A DNA stretch of 63,321 nucleotides, the filler included, from Phoronis australis (lineage: Eukaryota; Animalia; Phoronida): the NCBI GenBank assembly GCA_002633005.1. It is 10 parts of 10 records of this genome, joined end to end, with 100 filler letters (N's around TTAATTAATTAA, not from the genome) between each part and the next. Parts side by side here need not be neighbours in the genome. Positions count along the whole stretch, not along the records: positions 44,774 to 51,551 come from NMRA01000198.1; positions 51,652 to 55,424 come from NMRA01002845.1; positions 55,525 to 60,198 come from NMRA01002519.1; positions 60,299 to 63,321 come from NMRA01003272.1; 6 more parts are not named here. The stretch is one strand, 5' to 3'. The notes beneath the pieces were generated by a model, which did no database searches, was not told the origin of the DNA, and worked only from the letters and a program-made list of their open reading frames with translations. How positions within the stretch are numbered: position 1 is the first letter of the stretch; every line of letters begins with the position of its first letter. Positions 48,950-63,100 of this stretch are shown in pieces. The translations under genes were made by a program, and so were the position numbers.

Positions 48950-51551
48950 ATTTGGTTACAGACTCCCTTGAGTTTTTTTCTTTCAAAACTCTCTGTCAGA
49001 CAGCCAATGTTCAGGAGACAAAGTATACAGCAGTTCACCTATCATTGCTATCGATGTCAATAAAANTATTCCACAGTATTCGTTTTGTTACAGATGTGAC
49101 ATTCAGACACTTTAAATTCCAATATAAAATTAGTGAAACATCACAGTAGTAAGAAATTTTAAGTACACATTACACACTTGATGGAAGCACTTCAGGTATC
49201 AAAAGTTTTTAATTCTGCACATTATAAGTGTACTAAAATTTACTTTTAATTAGTGTTACAGATGTGACCGAAAATGCCATGGTTAATATGCTAATGGTGG
49301 TTTGTCTAAAAACTCTGTTCTGTCTTTCATATTATGGAACTAGTTTCCCTATAGATAATTTAACTATTTATTTGGCTATAACATGAAGAAAAGGTTTTTG
49401 AACTAAAATCAAGTCTTTGTATAATTATGAGCAATTTAAAAAAACCACGTGCGTTACAGATGTGACTGTTACAGATGTGACTATTTGGCACTTGCACTAT
49501 ACAGAGTTGTAGAATGCAATTTTAATGAAAACAAAGCTAATAAAATCACATTAAGTGTATGTAAGGGTTGTGGGTAAACTATTTTAGTGTTTTTGATAGA
49601 TGGAGTCTTAAAATTTACTTTGCTTGTTTGCGTGCACCTGTGTTTTGAGCTTCATTATGAAATTGTGTTCACTGAGAGAAAAATACAACAACTATACCAA
49701 GTAAGTCCTTAAACCACCTTGAAAAAGTAGAGATTAGTAACAGGAGTAAATCAGGTACAACTAACTAAGACCAACATAAACACTCATGCAGGTATAATTA
49801 CGAAGTGACATGAAATGCTAACATCACGTACTGAGCTAAAATCTTAGGATTAAATTTCGTTTAGGCTGCGACAGTTGCTTGTCCTTGTAAATTATTCTGA
49901 GCAATGATCTATATGCAGAACGGGCAGTTTTTTTATTATTTGGTCCAAGTCGATCCATGTGGTGTCGTCTTGTGCTGGTAAACTGAACGCAGTCTTGTTA
50001 CTATCCGTTTTTCTCATGACAGTGACTTTGATACCATCTCTTTCAACCATCATGGTCTATGCAACGTTAGAGCTCCTAGGACACAATTGTTCCATCAAAA
50101 TTGGAATCCTAGCGTGAAACAAATATCCCGGAGTCAAAACAGCTAACCAGCCCGAAAAACAAACCCGGCTTTTAAAACGCGAACCCCAGTGATCAAATAG
50201 GGAACCTTGACAATTTTTCAAATTTTCTAAGACAACGTCAACAGCCTCAAACTGAGCATTTTCTAGTACTTTCCATTTGTTTTCTGAATTTGTTAAAGAT
50301 TAGCATTAATAAAACGTTATGTTGAATTGTTGCTTAAAACTCATGCAATTTGTGGTCACCAACTTTTCTGTTCTTGTCCTCAAGAAGAGTTACTTCAACT
50401 TCTCAATGATCACTAAATTTGGAATCGAAATTTCTGAACTCTACGCATTCACATGCTTTTNCGCATTCACATGCTTTTTGGTAGATAATCCTTTAGAATT
50501 CTGTGACCATTGTGGCATCCACCACTCAAGCACATGCTATTTTTCATTGTTCACCCTGTCTAGTACACTGTACACACGTCCGCGATTTAAGAATGAACAC
50601 TTTTTTTGCTACAGATCAGTCCTAAGTTGTTTAAAACAACATATCACATCAACTATTTAAAATAGGAAGATTTATTGTTTCATCAAAATGTGAAATTGAT
50701 ACAAGTCGTATGAACACAGAGCGCTAATAAAGGCACTATTTTCTTGGAATAAACAATGTTGGAAAGCAAGTACAGGAGTGGTGTTTCGGTCCGGGATGTC
50801 CTGTCCGATCCCCAGGGTTTCTGTTTTAGAGGTCGGGGTTTGTGTTTTTCGGGCTGGTAAGCTGTTTTGAAGGTGCGGTAGTACGTTTTTGACTCTGGTC
50901 TATCTGCTTAACACCGTAATACCAGTTTTTATGGAACATCTTGCTTGAAACGAATACCTCGTAACTCGACAACCACAAAATCACTGACAGAAAAAACACT
51001 AATCAGTCCCTTTGATGAAGGGGGATATGCCTCCGGTGAAGTGGGCGGATTTTCAGCTTGTGCTTTGGGTGAAGTTTGCGGATTTTTCAGCTGGTTGCTA
51101 TAGTGAATGAAGGGGACCTTCAGTGCATGTGTTCTTCACCGCAGTGTGTGTCGACGTTACTGTTAGCCGTGAACTATCGCTAAACGGGGAGTACTTGGCT
51201 CAGTAGATGATTAACAGTGGCTTTAACAATTCTTCATAGATATTTGTTCAAATTAATCATACACACCTTTTAAAAATTGAGTCATGAAAAGTAAATCTTT
51301 ACTTAGTGGCTGCAAAAGATGGTCACATTTCTTACATCATGTCACATCTGTAACAAACTGTTACAGATGTGACTTGAAATGTTTTTTGATTTTTTTGGAA
51401 CTGGATTGAGATACATTTGAGAAATTTTGCTAAATTATGTTGATTAGGGTGAATAAAGAGAAAATTAAATTGTGTTAAAATTGATTTACTTTTTTTCCTA
51501 AAATCAAAACTTTTGTTACTTAAATGTTACAGATGTGACTTTCACTAATTT
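48950..51551. mobile_element. Unclassified intronic DNA-transposon-like element with a repeated 14-mer, plus a nested inverted-repeat element
   Basis: GTTACAGATGTGAC at 49087, 49255, 49453, 49468, 51360 and 51526, and inverted at 51341. Separate diverged inverted repeats at ~50085-50190 and ~50814-50940. Confidence 0.5.
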
Positions 51552-51651
51552 NNNNNNNNNNNNNNNNNNNNNNNNNNNNNNNNNNNNNNNNNNNNTTAAT
51601 TAATTAANNNNNNNNNNNNNNNNNNNNNNNNNNNNNNNNNNNNNNNNNNNN

Positions 51652-54223
51652 CGTTCCTCTGGCCCTTCCACTGTAAAGGAAAAGAAAAAAAATGACTTTT
51701 AACAGTTGGGTTTTCGTCAATTGGCGCAACACCCCGCACGACTTTGCCATACCTCGAAAAACCGAGAGTTTTACGGAGATTCCGCCTAATCGCATGAGAA
51801 GATTGTTGTATTAAAACTAACCGTTGAAAATCGATGCCCCTCCTTTCCTAGGTCCTCTGGCCCACCCCCAGTAAAGGAAAAGAAAAATAACTTGACTTTC
51901 AACGGTAGGGTTTTCGTCAATCGGCGCAAATTTCCGAACGACTTTGCCCTACTTTGAAAAACCGTGAATTTTACGGAGATTCTCCCTCCTCAGTTCACAC
52001 GTCTACTTTCGGACAACTAACAGTTGAAAATCGATGCCCCTCCGTTCCTACAGTATGTTCTATGGCCCTCCCTCAGTAGAGGAAAAGAAAAACATTTGAC
52101 TTTCGAACGTTGGAGTTTTGTCAATCAGCGCAAAACCCCGCACGACTTTGCCCTACCGCGAAAAACCGTGAATTTTACAGAGATTCCTCCTCCACAGTTC
52201 AAACGTCTATTGCCGGAAAACTAACCGTTGAAAATCGATGCTCCTCCGTTGATAGGTCTTCTGGCCCTGCCTCAGTAGAGGAAAAGAAAAAAATGACTTT
52301 CTACGGTTTTGTTTTCGTCAATCGGCGCAAAACCGTGCACGACTTTGCCCTACCTCGAAAAACCGAGTATTTTACGGAGATTCCGCCTCCTCAAGTCCAA
52401 CGTCTATTTCCGGAAAACTAACCGTTGAAAATCGATGCCCCTCCGTTCCTAGGTCCTCTGGCCCTCCCTCAGTCAAGGAAAAGAAAAAAAAACTTGACTT
52501 TCAACGGTTGGGTTTTCGTCAATCGGCGCAAAACCTCGCACGACTTTGCCCTTTCCTGAAAAACCGAGAATTTTACGGAGATTCCGCCTCCTCACTTCAA
52601 ACGTCCATTGCCGGAAAACTAACCGTTGGAAATCGATGCCCTTCCGTTCCTAGGTCCCATGGCACGCCTCTCGTAAAGGAAAACAAAAACTTGACTTTCA
52701 ACAGTTGGGTTTTCGTCAATTGGCGCAAAACCGCGCACAACCTTGCCCTACCCCGAAAAAGCGAGAGTTTTACGGAGATTCCGCCTCCTCAATTCACGCG
52801 TCTATTGTTGGAAAACTAAGTGTTGAAAATCGATGCCCCTCCGTTCGTAGGTTTTCTGGAAATCCCTCAGTAGAGGAAAAGAAAAGAAATTGACTTTCAA
52901 CGGTTGGGTTTTCGTCAATTGGCGCAAAACCCCGCACGACATTGACCTACCTCGAAAAATCGAAAATTTTACGGAGATTCCGCCTCCTCACTTGAAACGT
53001 CTATTGCCGAAAAACTAAGTGTTGAAAATCGATGCCCCTCCGTTCCTATGTCCTCTGGCCCTCCTTCAGGAAAGGAAAAGAAAAACTTGGACTTTCAACG
53101 GTTGGGTTTCCGTCAATCGGCACAAACCCCCGGACGACTTTTCCCTACCTTCAAAAACCGAGAATTTCACGGACATTCTCCCTCCTCATTTCACACGAAT
53201 ACTGTCGGGAAACTAACAGTTTAAAATCGATGACTCTCCGTTCCTAGGTCCTCTGGCCCTCCAACAGTAAAGGAAAAGAAAAAACTTGACTTTCAACTGG
53301 TAAGTTTTCGTCAATCGGCGAAAAACCTTGCACGACTTTGCCCTAATTCGAAAAACCGAAAATTTAATGGACATTCCGCCTCTTCGTTTTAAACGTCTTT
53401 TGCCGGAAAACTAACCGTTTAAAATCGATGCCCCTCCGTTCCCAGGTTTTCTGGCCCTCCCCCAGTAAAGGAAAAGAAAAAAACTTGACTTTCAACTGTT
53501 GGGTTTTCGTCAATCGGCGCAAAATCCCGCACGACTTTGCCCTACTCCGAAAAACCGAGAATTTTACATAGATTCCGCTTCCTCAATTCAAACGTCTATT
53601 GTCGGAAAACTAACNACAGTTGAAAATCGATGCCCCTCCGATCCTATGTCGTCTGGCTCTCCCTCAGTAGAGGAAAAGATACAAAATTGACTTTCGAACG
53701 TTGGATTTTTGTCAATCGGCGCAAAACCCCGCACGACTTTGCCCAACCCCGAAAAACCGAGAATTTTACGGAGATTCCGCCTCCTCATTTCAAACGTCTA
53801 TTGCCGGAAAACTCACTGTTGAAAATCGTTGATCCTCCGTTCCTAGGTCTTCTGGCCCTCTCTCAGGAGAGGAAAAGAAAAACATTGACTTTCAAAGGTT
53901 AAGTTCTCTTCAATCGGCGCAAAACCGCGCACTACTTTGCCCTACCACGAAAAACCGTGAATTTTACAGAGATTCCGCCTCCACAGTTCAAACGTCTATT
54001 GCCGGAAAACTTACCGTTGAAAATCGATGCTCCTCCGTTCCTAAGTCCTCTGGCCATCCCTCAGTAAAAGAACAGAAAAACAATTGACTTTCAACGGTTG
54101 GGTTTTCGTCAATCGGCGCAAAACTCCGCACGATTTTGCCCTACACCGAAAAACCGAAAATTTTACGGAAATTCCACCTCCTCACTTCAAACGTCTATTG
54201 CCGGAAAACTAACAGTTGAAAAT
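51652..54223. repeat. ~200-bp satellite, about 13 diverged units
   Basis: The AAAATCGATG anchor recurs at 51827, 52027, 52231, 52428 and onward to ~54219. Confidence 0.95.
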
Positions 54224-55370
54224 CAAAGCAAGGTTAGGGGCAAGTTTTCAAATGTGTCTTATTTGTAGGTCCCTGTCTCTTGCGGGGTCAAGAGTTAAGG
54301 TCAACGTCACAGACTACCCTCCAATTTTCCAAATTTAGTCCTCTGCCGTGACCTTATTAGGGCTCACCAGAAGTTACGACTTACGTTTTTGGAGTCAGTA
54401 AGTATAAGGATATCCAACGATGAAAGAAGTTTTGAAATCGGGGTCAAAAAATTTTTGGCGGTATGAAGGTCTAAAAATGACGTCTTTCAACTTTGATCTT
54501 GCCGTGTGACCTCATTAATGATCCAATCGAACTCAAACTTGGTAGGCCTTAGTTTCCCAGCATTCCTCGTCAACCTGGGAAAGATTTTTTGTAATTGGAG
54601 ACAACATTTATTTCGGCTCCCAAAAACCCTTGGACTAGGTTTTTTTTGTCGAAAACCTTTTTGTCTTTGATATTAAAAATTCTTTGTGCATTTAATAGCC
54701 CCTTGTCTCCTCCCTCTACAACTATAGGTATCATACTTTTCTTGGCCTTAGAAAGGGCCCAGGAGTGCATTCATCACCAATAACCTGAAAGCTAGCAAAC
54801 CGGGACATTTTCAAAGCAAGGGTAGGGGCAAGTTTTCAAATGCGTCTTATTTGTAGGTCCCTGTCTCCTGCGGGGTCAAGGTTTAAGGTCAACGTCACAG
54901 ACTACCCCCCAATTTTCCAAATTTAGTCCTCTGCCGTGACATTATTAGGGCTCACCAGAAGTGGCGACTTACGTTTTTGGAGTCAGTAAGTAAAAGGCTA
55001 TCCAACGACGAAAGAAGTTTTGAAATATGGGTCAAAAAAATTTTAGGCGGGAAGAAGGTCTCAAAATGACGTCTTTCAAATTTGATCTTGCCGTGTGAGC
55101 TCATTAATAATCCAATCGAACTCAATCTTGGTAGGCCTTAGTTTCTCGGCATTCCTCGTCCATCTGGGAAATATTTTTTGTAATTGGAGACAAAAAATTT
55201 TTCGGCCCCCAAAAACCCCTGGACTATATATAGGCCTAGGTTTTTTTTGGTCGAAAACCTTTTTGTCTTCGATTTTAAAAATTCTTTGTGCATCTAATAG
55301 CCCCTTGTCTCCACGGTCTACAAATGTAGGTATCATACTTTTCTTGGCCTTAGTAAGGGCCCAGGAGTGC
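54224..55370. repeat. 588-bp tandem repeat, about 2 units
   Basis: caaagcaagg.taggggcaagttttcaaatg at 54224 and 54812. Confidence 0.9.
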
Positions 55371-56277
55371 CCCAAACTCACATACCCCCTTCACAATATC
55401 AGAGAAGTTGTGCCAAGATGAACTNNNNNNNNNNNNNNNNNNNNNNNNNNNNNNNNNNNNNNNNNNNNTTAATTAATTAANNNNNNNNNNNNNNNNNNNN
55501 NNNNNNNNNNNNNNNNNNNNNNNNAATTTCTGGCTTTTCTAGAATTTTTATCGGCCATATGTTGATTGACTGTTATCTTCACCAAGTAGTGCCCAGTTGT
55601 AGATGCGTCTTGTAAATACAGGGTATTCCTTGCCAAATTTCTATTTTCACTATTTGCTTTCAAGATACAATTTCTATGATCTGAAATTTAAAGAAATGTT
55701 TATTTGATTCCAGTAATCTGTCTAACATTCATTTCCATCTTAAATGCTTCCCAGAAAGCAGCGGTGTTAGTCAACTGTTTTGTCCACGAAGGCATCCAGA
55801 TTATTTATATGTAAATGATATTCTGAAACAGTTTCTTACAGTCTTACGAGAAAATGATGACACTACAGTAAAAATTCTCCATTTTGAGACATTGAAAAAT
55901 TAATTATTTTGCTCAAGGTCAGAACTTTTAGAATTTAAAAATAGGCAATACTGACTGTCCAAAATTTAAGAATTTTGATCAGTGACAAATGATCATTCTC
56001 CTCGATGTCACACACTATGATGATTCTGGAAAAGTTGGCGTTGGCAGCTATTTTTGATGTTTTTATGAACTGCCAAGTCTGTTTTGATACTGTGTTGACA
56101 CAAAAATGCTGTGTCTGAAATTTGAGAAATTTGATGAATGACACAATCCATGGTGTCCCAATCACCAGAATCAAGAAAATTCAATTTCTGCTGGAATTTC
56201 AATGCTCCAAATTTTAGAGACTATCCAAACTGGACAATGTTTATCGTAACTTTTGGGTAACCGTGCTTTGCATGGAA

Positions 56278-56515
56278 GAGGCAGTGTGGCCTAGAGTGGT
56301 GGTGCCCGCCTTCTTTACTCGAAGTCGTGGGTTTGAGTCCCACTTGGCCACACTGCTGGACCCTTGAGTCAGGTTTCTAGCTCCTCAGCTCGGATTTAAT
56401 TATATATTAGTAAAGCACAAAAATATTTCCAGGTGATCAGTGCAATGGGCACACATGCGCGGCCTGCGCACGTCTGATACAACGTGTATCAGACCGCTTG
56501 CAATTATTTTTTTAT
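56278..56515 (+). mobile_element. tRNA-derived SINE
   Basis: A box TGGCCTAGAGTGG, B box GGTTTGAGTCCC, then a CCCTTGAG core and a T-rich end. Confidence 0.6.
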
Positions 56516-56548
56516 GCCCTGCATGGCTTCACTTATTGTGTTCTTTAG

Positions 56549-59500
56549 GTGAGCCCCTAGCAGTGGGCCAACACTTACCATGTGTTCTCAAGAATGTTGA
56601 CATGGCAAAGAACAAAAGAACTGTTGGCCTCATCACAGACACGAAGCTCGTCAAGAAAGCTGAGGTGTGTCTACTGCTACCTGTGCTGCCACACACGTTG
56701 TTACCATTTGTGACAATCTTTCAAAAATGTTTCTTATCAGTACACTTATTTAGCACACAATATGGCCGACAAGTGAAATTCTATTTTTGCCATATTTATT
56801 CTCAAACATAAAGGTTATTTAATTAGAAAATATAAATCTGTTAGTGGCACTGTTTGTAGTGTGTAGATGTCATAAAACAACATTAGGCAAATTGTCCACT
56901 TATGTCCTGATGCACACCCCCGTTGATGATATTGGGTGCAAAAAACACTATTAACCTTTTAATTAGACCACTTATCTCAATGGAAGTGGTCTCAACAACA
57001 AATTGTTGCTATGTAACGAATTTGAAAATATGGAATTGACATACTTGTAAATTTATGTGTCTGAATGAATGTGGTTGCAAACAGGGTTGCTCTGTGACTT
57101 AACAATAGATGGAGTCGATGTTCCGCAGCATATTGGGAGTTTTTAAAGATTGAGATTTTAGGAAACCAATGTTGGAGAAATTTTCAAATGATTTTTTTAC
57201 AAAAATTTTAAACTAAATTTTTTCTCATCAATTACTCCCCCTGACCTCTTGCTATTTCAGTTGAAAGAGTCTATGGAAGTAGCCTTCCACAGCTTGGTAC
57301 CTGGCATGAAAGTGCACGGCACAGTCACAGAGGTAATTGTTTGGCTGTTTATGTTGATTCAGGTTCACGCAGTGAGAAAACGGAATGATGACATTGCCAG
57401 TACTTGGCATAGATTGACTAAAACAGTTGGGATGAATTGTTTAATATTGACGTCAAAATTGTAGATTTTGCGAATGATATTCGGTGTTGTATTTTTGTTG
57501 TTATAGGTATGAGCTTGGATTCTATTGTTTTCTCTCGAAATCAAACTCAAAATATTTCTCCCATTTTCCATAATTCTACTTGAATACGAACTCAAAATAA
57601 TTGTCTACAATTCAGTGCTTGAGAAGATCATGGTTTACTTGGATGATTTCTTAACTTATTTTGCCCTTGATGACCTCAGCATGGAAGCTTCAAATTTGTG
57701 TCTGAACTTGAAATCTTGAGTTTTTACTTGGGTCTGCAGCTCGAATCAAATGTGAACTTTGACTGGACACTCTCTGGCATAAACCACGCAAGCACAGAAC
57801 TACATTGTAAAGTTATCTTGCGTTTATATTGAACTTGAATGGAAAATGTCAAAAATACTTTCAAGCTCGTTTTCGAGGCCGAAGCATTGGTTAACCTTAT
57901 TTGACTATGTTCCACAGCGCAAGCACTGTGTTTGAGTCAGCAGGCGACTTTTAGCTTACACAAGGATCGAAGCACTGAACTTTGACTGAACATAATGCAG
58001 GATTAACTGTCTTAAATATTGCGTTCTGATGATCCACTTAATTCCTTCATCTTGTTTTAGTGTCATGCAAATGGCTTGGTGATGCAGTTTTTGTCCTTCA
58101 CTGGTCGGATCCACAGGAGTCATCTTCCATGTGACACGACCCCATATGAGCAACAACAAAAGGTACCTACTGGTGAAGTTGAATATCAAGTTTTGCACGT
58201 AATTTTTATGTGCCCACATAATTTATATGTGGACGCACTATGCTGTCATCTCCATCCATCTAACGTCCATTGCTCTATGTCCAAAACCCTTTGACGTACG
58301 TTCATGAAATTTTACGCATGTGTTCCTATCATGGATGGGACGGCATGAGCGAACTTTCGGACGGATCAGACTACCCGTGTGCCCAATGGAGGCAATTTTA
58401 GTTTTTTACGCATTCCTCTAGTGGCAGTTTTTTTTTTGCGCCCATGGCTGTATCTGCTAAGCGGTTGGCAGGATCTTTACTAAATTCAGCAAGTGTATTT
58501 ATATGTTGTTGACAATGGATGACGATGACTTTCGGATGGATCTAAGTACCGGTATACCCCCTACTGGCAATTTTATTTTTTTACGTTTACCTCTATCTTC
58601 AAAGGTCCTCAACGTTTTTTCATAAAATTTTGAATATAGGCATCTATTAGTGAGATGACCCTATCTTTCTGTTTTGGGATGGATTTGACATAGTTTGCGC
58701 CACCTAGTTGCCATTTTTACTGTTTTTTAGTCTCTTTTTTGGCATCCACCCCTCTATCAACCAAGCCGCTCTAAGGATGATTGTGAAAATTGGCATGTAT
58801 GTTCTTGCTATGAAGCTGACAATGATTTTCCGACAACTTCGACTACTGTGGTGCCTCCTAGTGGCAATTTTGTTTTTTTGTGCCTACGGCTGTATCTCCT
58901 AAACTGTTTGCAGCATCTTTGCTAAATTTAGCAAGTGTATATGATGTTGACAACGGACGACAACAACTTTCAGACAGATCTGACTACCAGTGTGCCCCCT
59001 AGTGGCAATTTTCACTTTTTAGGCTTACCTCTGTATCTTCAAACGTCCTCAACGGATTATCAGAAAGTTTGGAATGTAGGCATTTATTGGTGAGATGATG
59101 CTATCGGACGGAATCAAGGTACTTTGTGCCGCCTAGTGGCCATTTTTCCTGTTTTTGAGTCTTATTTTTTGGCATTCACCCCTCGATCAACCAAACCACT
59201 CTAAGGATGATTTTGGAAATTGGCGTATATGTTCTCAGTGCGAAGAGGATGGATGACGATGACGAATTCGACTACTGTGGTGCCTCCTAGTGGTAGTTTT
59301 GTTTTGTTTTGCGTCCATAACTGCATCTCCTAAACTCACTGCAGGATCTTTATTAAATTTAGTAATTGTATTTATATGAAGCTAACAACAGACGGCAAAA
59401 TCTTTTAGACGGATTCAATGAACACTGTGCCCCATAGTGGCAATTTCATTTTTTTCTGTTTTCCTTTGCTTCTTTGAAGTTCCTTGACAGATTTTTGTGA

Positions 59501-60130
59501 AATTTGGTAAATAGCTTTTTATTAAAGAAGAGATGGCATGTACCCATTTTCAGATAGATATTTCGCCTTCTACTGGCTATTTTTATGAAACAAATAAACA
59601 ACCCTAGAAGCACTTCGTTTGCGGTCCATTCGTGGGCGCTTTTCAACGCTCTGCGTTGTTCTTGTTTTCATAAGTGGTTCTCTGTTGGAACAAGGTTCAT
59701 GCAATACACAAAACAAAGAACACAATCATTTTTTTTATATCTTTGCCATGTCTTCACTCTCCAGAGTGAATTTACGAGACTTGTGTGCTCTGCAATTTTC
59801 ACTGTACTTGTCTTAAGAGTAGGTAAACTTACATAAGAGCTGTGTATTTGCATCTATTTACAAGGGTCTTTAGAACCATGCCCCATACTGTTCCCTGAGC
59901 AAAAGAATTTTATTTGATGTTTATAGATACAGGCGACCATCTTATACATAGAACCGACCACTAAGGTCATCTATCTGACAGCTCTGCCTCATCTGACCCG
60001 GTTCAGTGAACAGACATACTTTACTGGCGTGTCATCTGGTGACATATTGGAGGAGTGCAGAGTATTGTCGCTGGACAAACGACGCGGTGTCTACTTTGAC
60101 ATTGGTGAAAACATCAAAGGATACTCTACA
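56549..60130 (+). CDS. PDCD11: RRP5/PDCD11 rRNA biogenesis protein, S1-domain exons (56549-56664, 57261-57332, 58061-58162, 59927-60130)
   Basis: Spliced frame LAVGQHLPCVLKNV...FHSLVPGMKVHGTVTE|CHANGLVMQFLSFTGRIHRSHL...IQATILYIEPTTKVIYLT parallels RRP5 LxVGQ..LLPG..V..GL.L.FL.FTG.V...HL..A.IL...P.T. Canonical splice sites. Confidence 0.88.
58200..59668 (+). mobile_element. Near-complete Helentron-like HINE, family A, in an RRP5 intron
   Basis: 5' hairpin gcccacata-attta-tatgtggac, ccat-type microsatellite seed, ~150-bp sub-repeats with GCC(A/T/C)CCTAGTGGC cores, and 3' hairpin CAACGC-TCT-GCGTTG plus TTCTTGTTTT. Confidence 0.7.
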
Positions 60131-63100
60131 GTAAGTCTGATTAATGGCTTCGGTACTTGTAAATATAATTAGTTGAAATATTTAAGAAACAAAAGATANN
60201 NNNNNNNNNNNNNNNNNNNNNNNNNNNNNNNNNNNNNNNNNNTTAATTAATTAANNNNNNNNNNNNNNNNNNNNNNNNNNNNNNNNNNNNNNNNNNNNCC
60301 TCCACTCTTATTTAACGCTATGCTTCAGTGTGTTTTCCCACCTTTATTCTATGTGCAGATCAAGGGATGAACTTGAGACAATGTCACTGAAGGTCGTATA
60401 GGTGCACTGAGGTGTGGTGTCAAATGTAACATGATTAATTAAAAGTGCACTAAACGTGTAACTTCTGTCTAAAAGAAACAATTTTTTACTTAGGTCACCT
60501 GTCATAAAATCAGTCTCGTCCTACTCCCTTCTTGGCGTATGAAGAATTGCTATGTCTTCATAACTTCAGAACTGGCTCTTAAAGTTGCTTTGTCTTGATG
60601 AATTAGTCGTAGTCACCCAAGCAGTATGACTTTTGGTGTATTCCAGATATTTTGCTATAACCAATTTCAGTTTTAACTGAAAATAATAACTGCGATAGTG
60701 GTGTTAATTTGGAATAATAAATACGCCTGTGAGATGTTTTGAACTTCAAAACGTGGTTTATAGTTTGGCTCTGGTTGTTGATCCGTACAATGTAGCTTGC
60801 CTGTTACTGCAGTGGTGTTTTGTTATTTTTCATCCAATTAGTTATCACCCAGGATTGGTCCCTGCTATTTGTGTTAGTCTGTGAATGAGATTTTGTAATC
60901 AGCATTTCAAATGAAAGCGTTACCTAGGGTGCGTTTGTGGAAAAAGGCACACTAAAATCTTTTTGACAACCTAATGTGGACAATTTGGGAAACAGTAAAA
61001 CTGACATAAGTCGGAGGTGCATAAGTTGGATTTTTGCTTGAAAGGATACTAACCCCCTCTTTTGATGATTTCAACCAATCCTTGTTCTGTTACCTGCTAA
61101 TGCATGATTGGCGTTAATCTTGAAATATAAATGCAGGAATTGACTAAAAACTCGTACTCCCTACTTCACAAATTGGACATCGTGCTCCTTGGTGCGTGGT
61201 CTTTCTCCAAAGCTGCCACGTAATTGGCTAAAAATGTAGGTCATGCTAATCTGTTTAGCAGACTTCGAAAGTTTTCAAATTTTCCTTTAAACTTTAGAGG
61301 GTTGTCGAGGGTTACAAAGCATTATTTTGTTTGAGAACGTAGAAAATATATATCTGAAACTAAATAAGGCGATCCAGATCCTCCCAAGGATACTATTGTT
61401 TCAAGAAATGAAGAATATAAATCGGTAAATAAAACAACAAGAATGGATCAACTGAAATTTGAAATTTTCGGATGTAACAACTTCCTTTATCAACAAAAAC
61501 TGTTTTTAATACCTGATCATAGGCCAAAACTGGGTTTGGTATACTTTCAACTTGAACAAAGTTCACGGGTACAGTTTTTCACTCGGGCCTTCACATAATT
61601 CAGATTTGCCATATTCGGATTGAATCTCTCAGTCCGATTGCATCCGACTTATGTGAGTTGTATTGTGGTTTTAAGATTGCATTTACAAATCAGTTTTTAT
61701 GTTCCGTAAATTGCCAAAATGTTAACCCAGCTCAATTGTCAGTTGCTAAATCTGTTTATGATAATAATGTGAAGTATGTCAGCAGAACGTCATATTGTAT
61801 GCTATTTTATTCTGTTGTCGTATTCAGGGAAAATGTACGTTGCCCAGTAGTAGTTATGTCCAGCCAAAGTAGGGATGTTTATAACCACCGTATGTTTGGT
61901 TATTTGGTTATAGCGAGCCTCACGGGGGTAGAAATGTACTCCATATGTAATTCCGCCCAGGTTAATGCCCTTTTTTGGCTGAACACGGCCTCCTGATTTT
62001 CCAAATTTCACTTTTTGATGCCTCAAAATCCCAGACTTCACTTCCTTTCTATTTCCGTTGGCATTATGCCAAAAATACCGACCTTCGCCTAAAATGACTT
62101 TGAATGCTTGTCAAGTACAGTGAGTAACTTTAGCTTACAAGACCGTGTTTGTGAAGAAAGCCCTTCATTTTAACCGTGTTACACTAGCGCCACCTAGGGA
62201 ATTTTTAGTTGCCTATTGTTCATGTAACCTGGGCCAGGTTGACTGTCAGTGACGAGCAGTTACACGAAAGTTTGGCGATTATCAAGGACGGAAGAAATGT
62301 CGGATGAAATGGTGTTCTCACCTTCTGAATGACGTATTAGCTTTGCCCGCTGGCAGCCACCTTTTGCCCCTTGGTCTTGAGGCAGCTACCCTTTGCCACT
62401 TAGCTGTCCAAGTGTTTTTAAGTGTAGCAAGTGACAAGATTTTGTCTGTGCCATTGTAGGGAGCCAGGGAAAATATGCAACTCAACATTCACTAGGTGGT
62501 GCTAATGTAACAACATTACATGTGTATGGGCATGTGTTTAGGTATTCACTTGGGGCTAGATGTTCTCACCGGTATTAATGGTGAGTGTGTGGGCAGTGAC
62601 AGAACGGGATCAGTGTGCACAGAGACCACCGCATCTTGTGTTCTTGATGAACTTTGGTGGCGAGTATTTGGATCATAGCTGGTATTGACTTTGAGGAAAT
62701 AATAAGATTATTTTTCACTGTATTAAAATCTGTATTTGTGTTGAGTCACAAACATTGTAGTCATCATTAATTTGAGATGACAATTGATCAAAAATTGAGC
62801 TCAGGGGCTCACAATTTGAGTGTGGAGGCTGAAAATGGTAACCCACCTTGCTCGAAGAAGCCTGGTGAGAACATTGCGACCCTTAGCAAGCAGACTCTCC
62901 TGTGCTAATGTTTATTTTATGCTTTCGGTCTGTTCAGGGGTCCGCACCACAAAGTAGAGGAGATGAGCAAACTTTGCTCAGTTTATGGAAGATAAGTGTT
63001 GAAATTATCTAGAGGTGTACAGGAGACAAAGTTTATCATTTTGGGGGTCTGGATGTCCTGACCTTAAACATAAATTTAATTTCTTATGACTGCCTCATTT

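Noticed and set aside
51652-54223. CRISPR-like regular repeats and repeated short ORFs
   Set aside because: Whole ~200-bp units are homologous with no unique spacers, there are no cas genes and the context is eukaryotic. The ORFs are satellite translations.
56278-56350. tRNA gene
   Set aside because: A and B boxes are present but there is no complete cloverleaf, and it continues into a SINE-like body.
61658-62700. Short ORFs and exon-like segments ending in GTGAGAAC in the last contig
   Set aside because: I could not build a consistent reading frame or recognise any motif.
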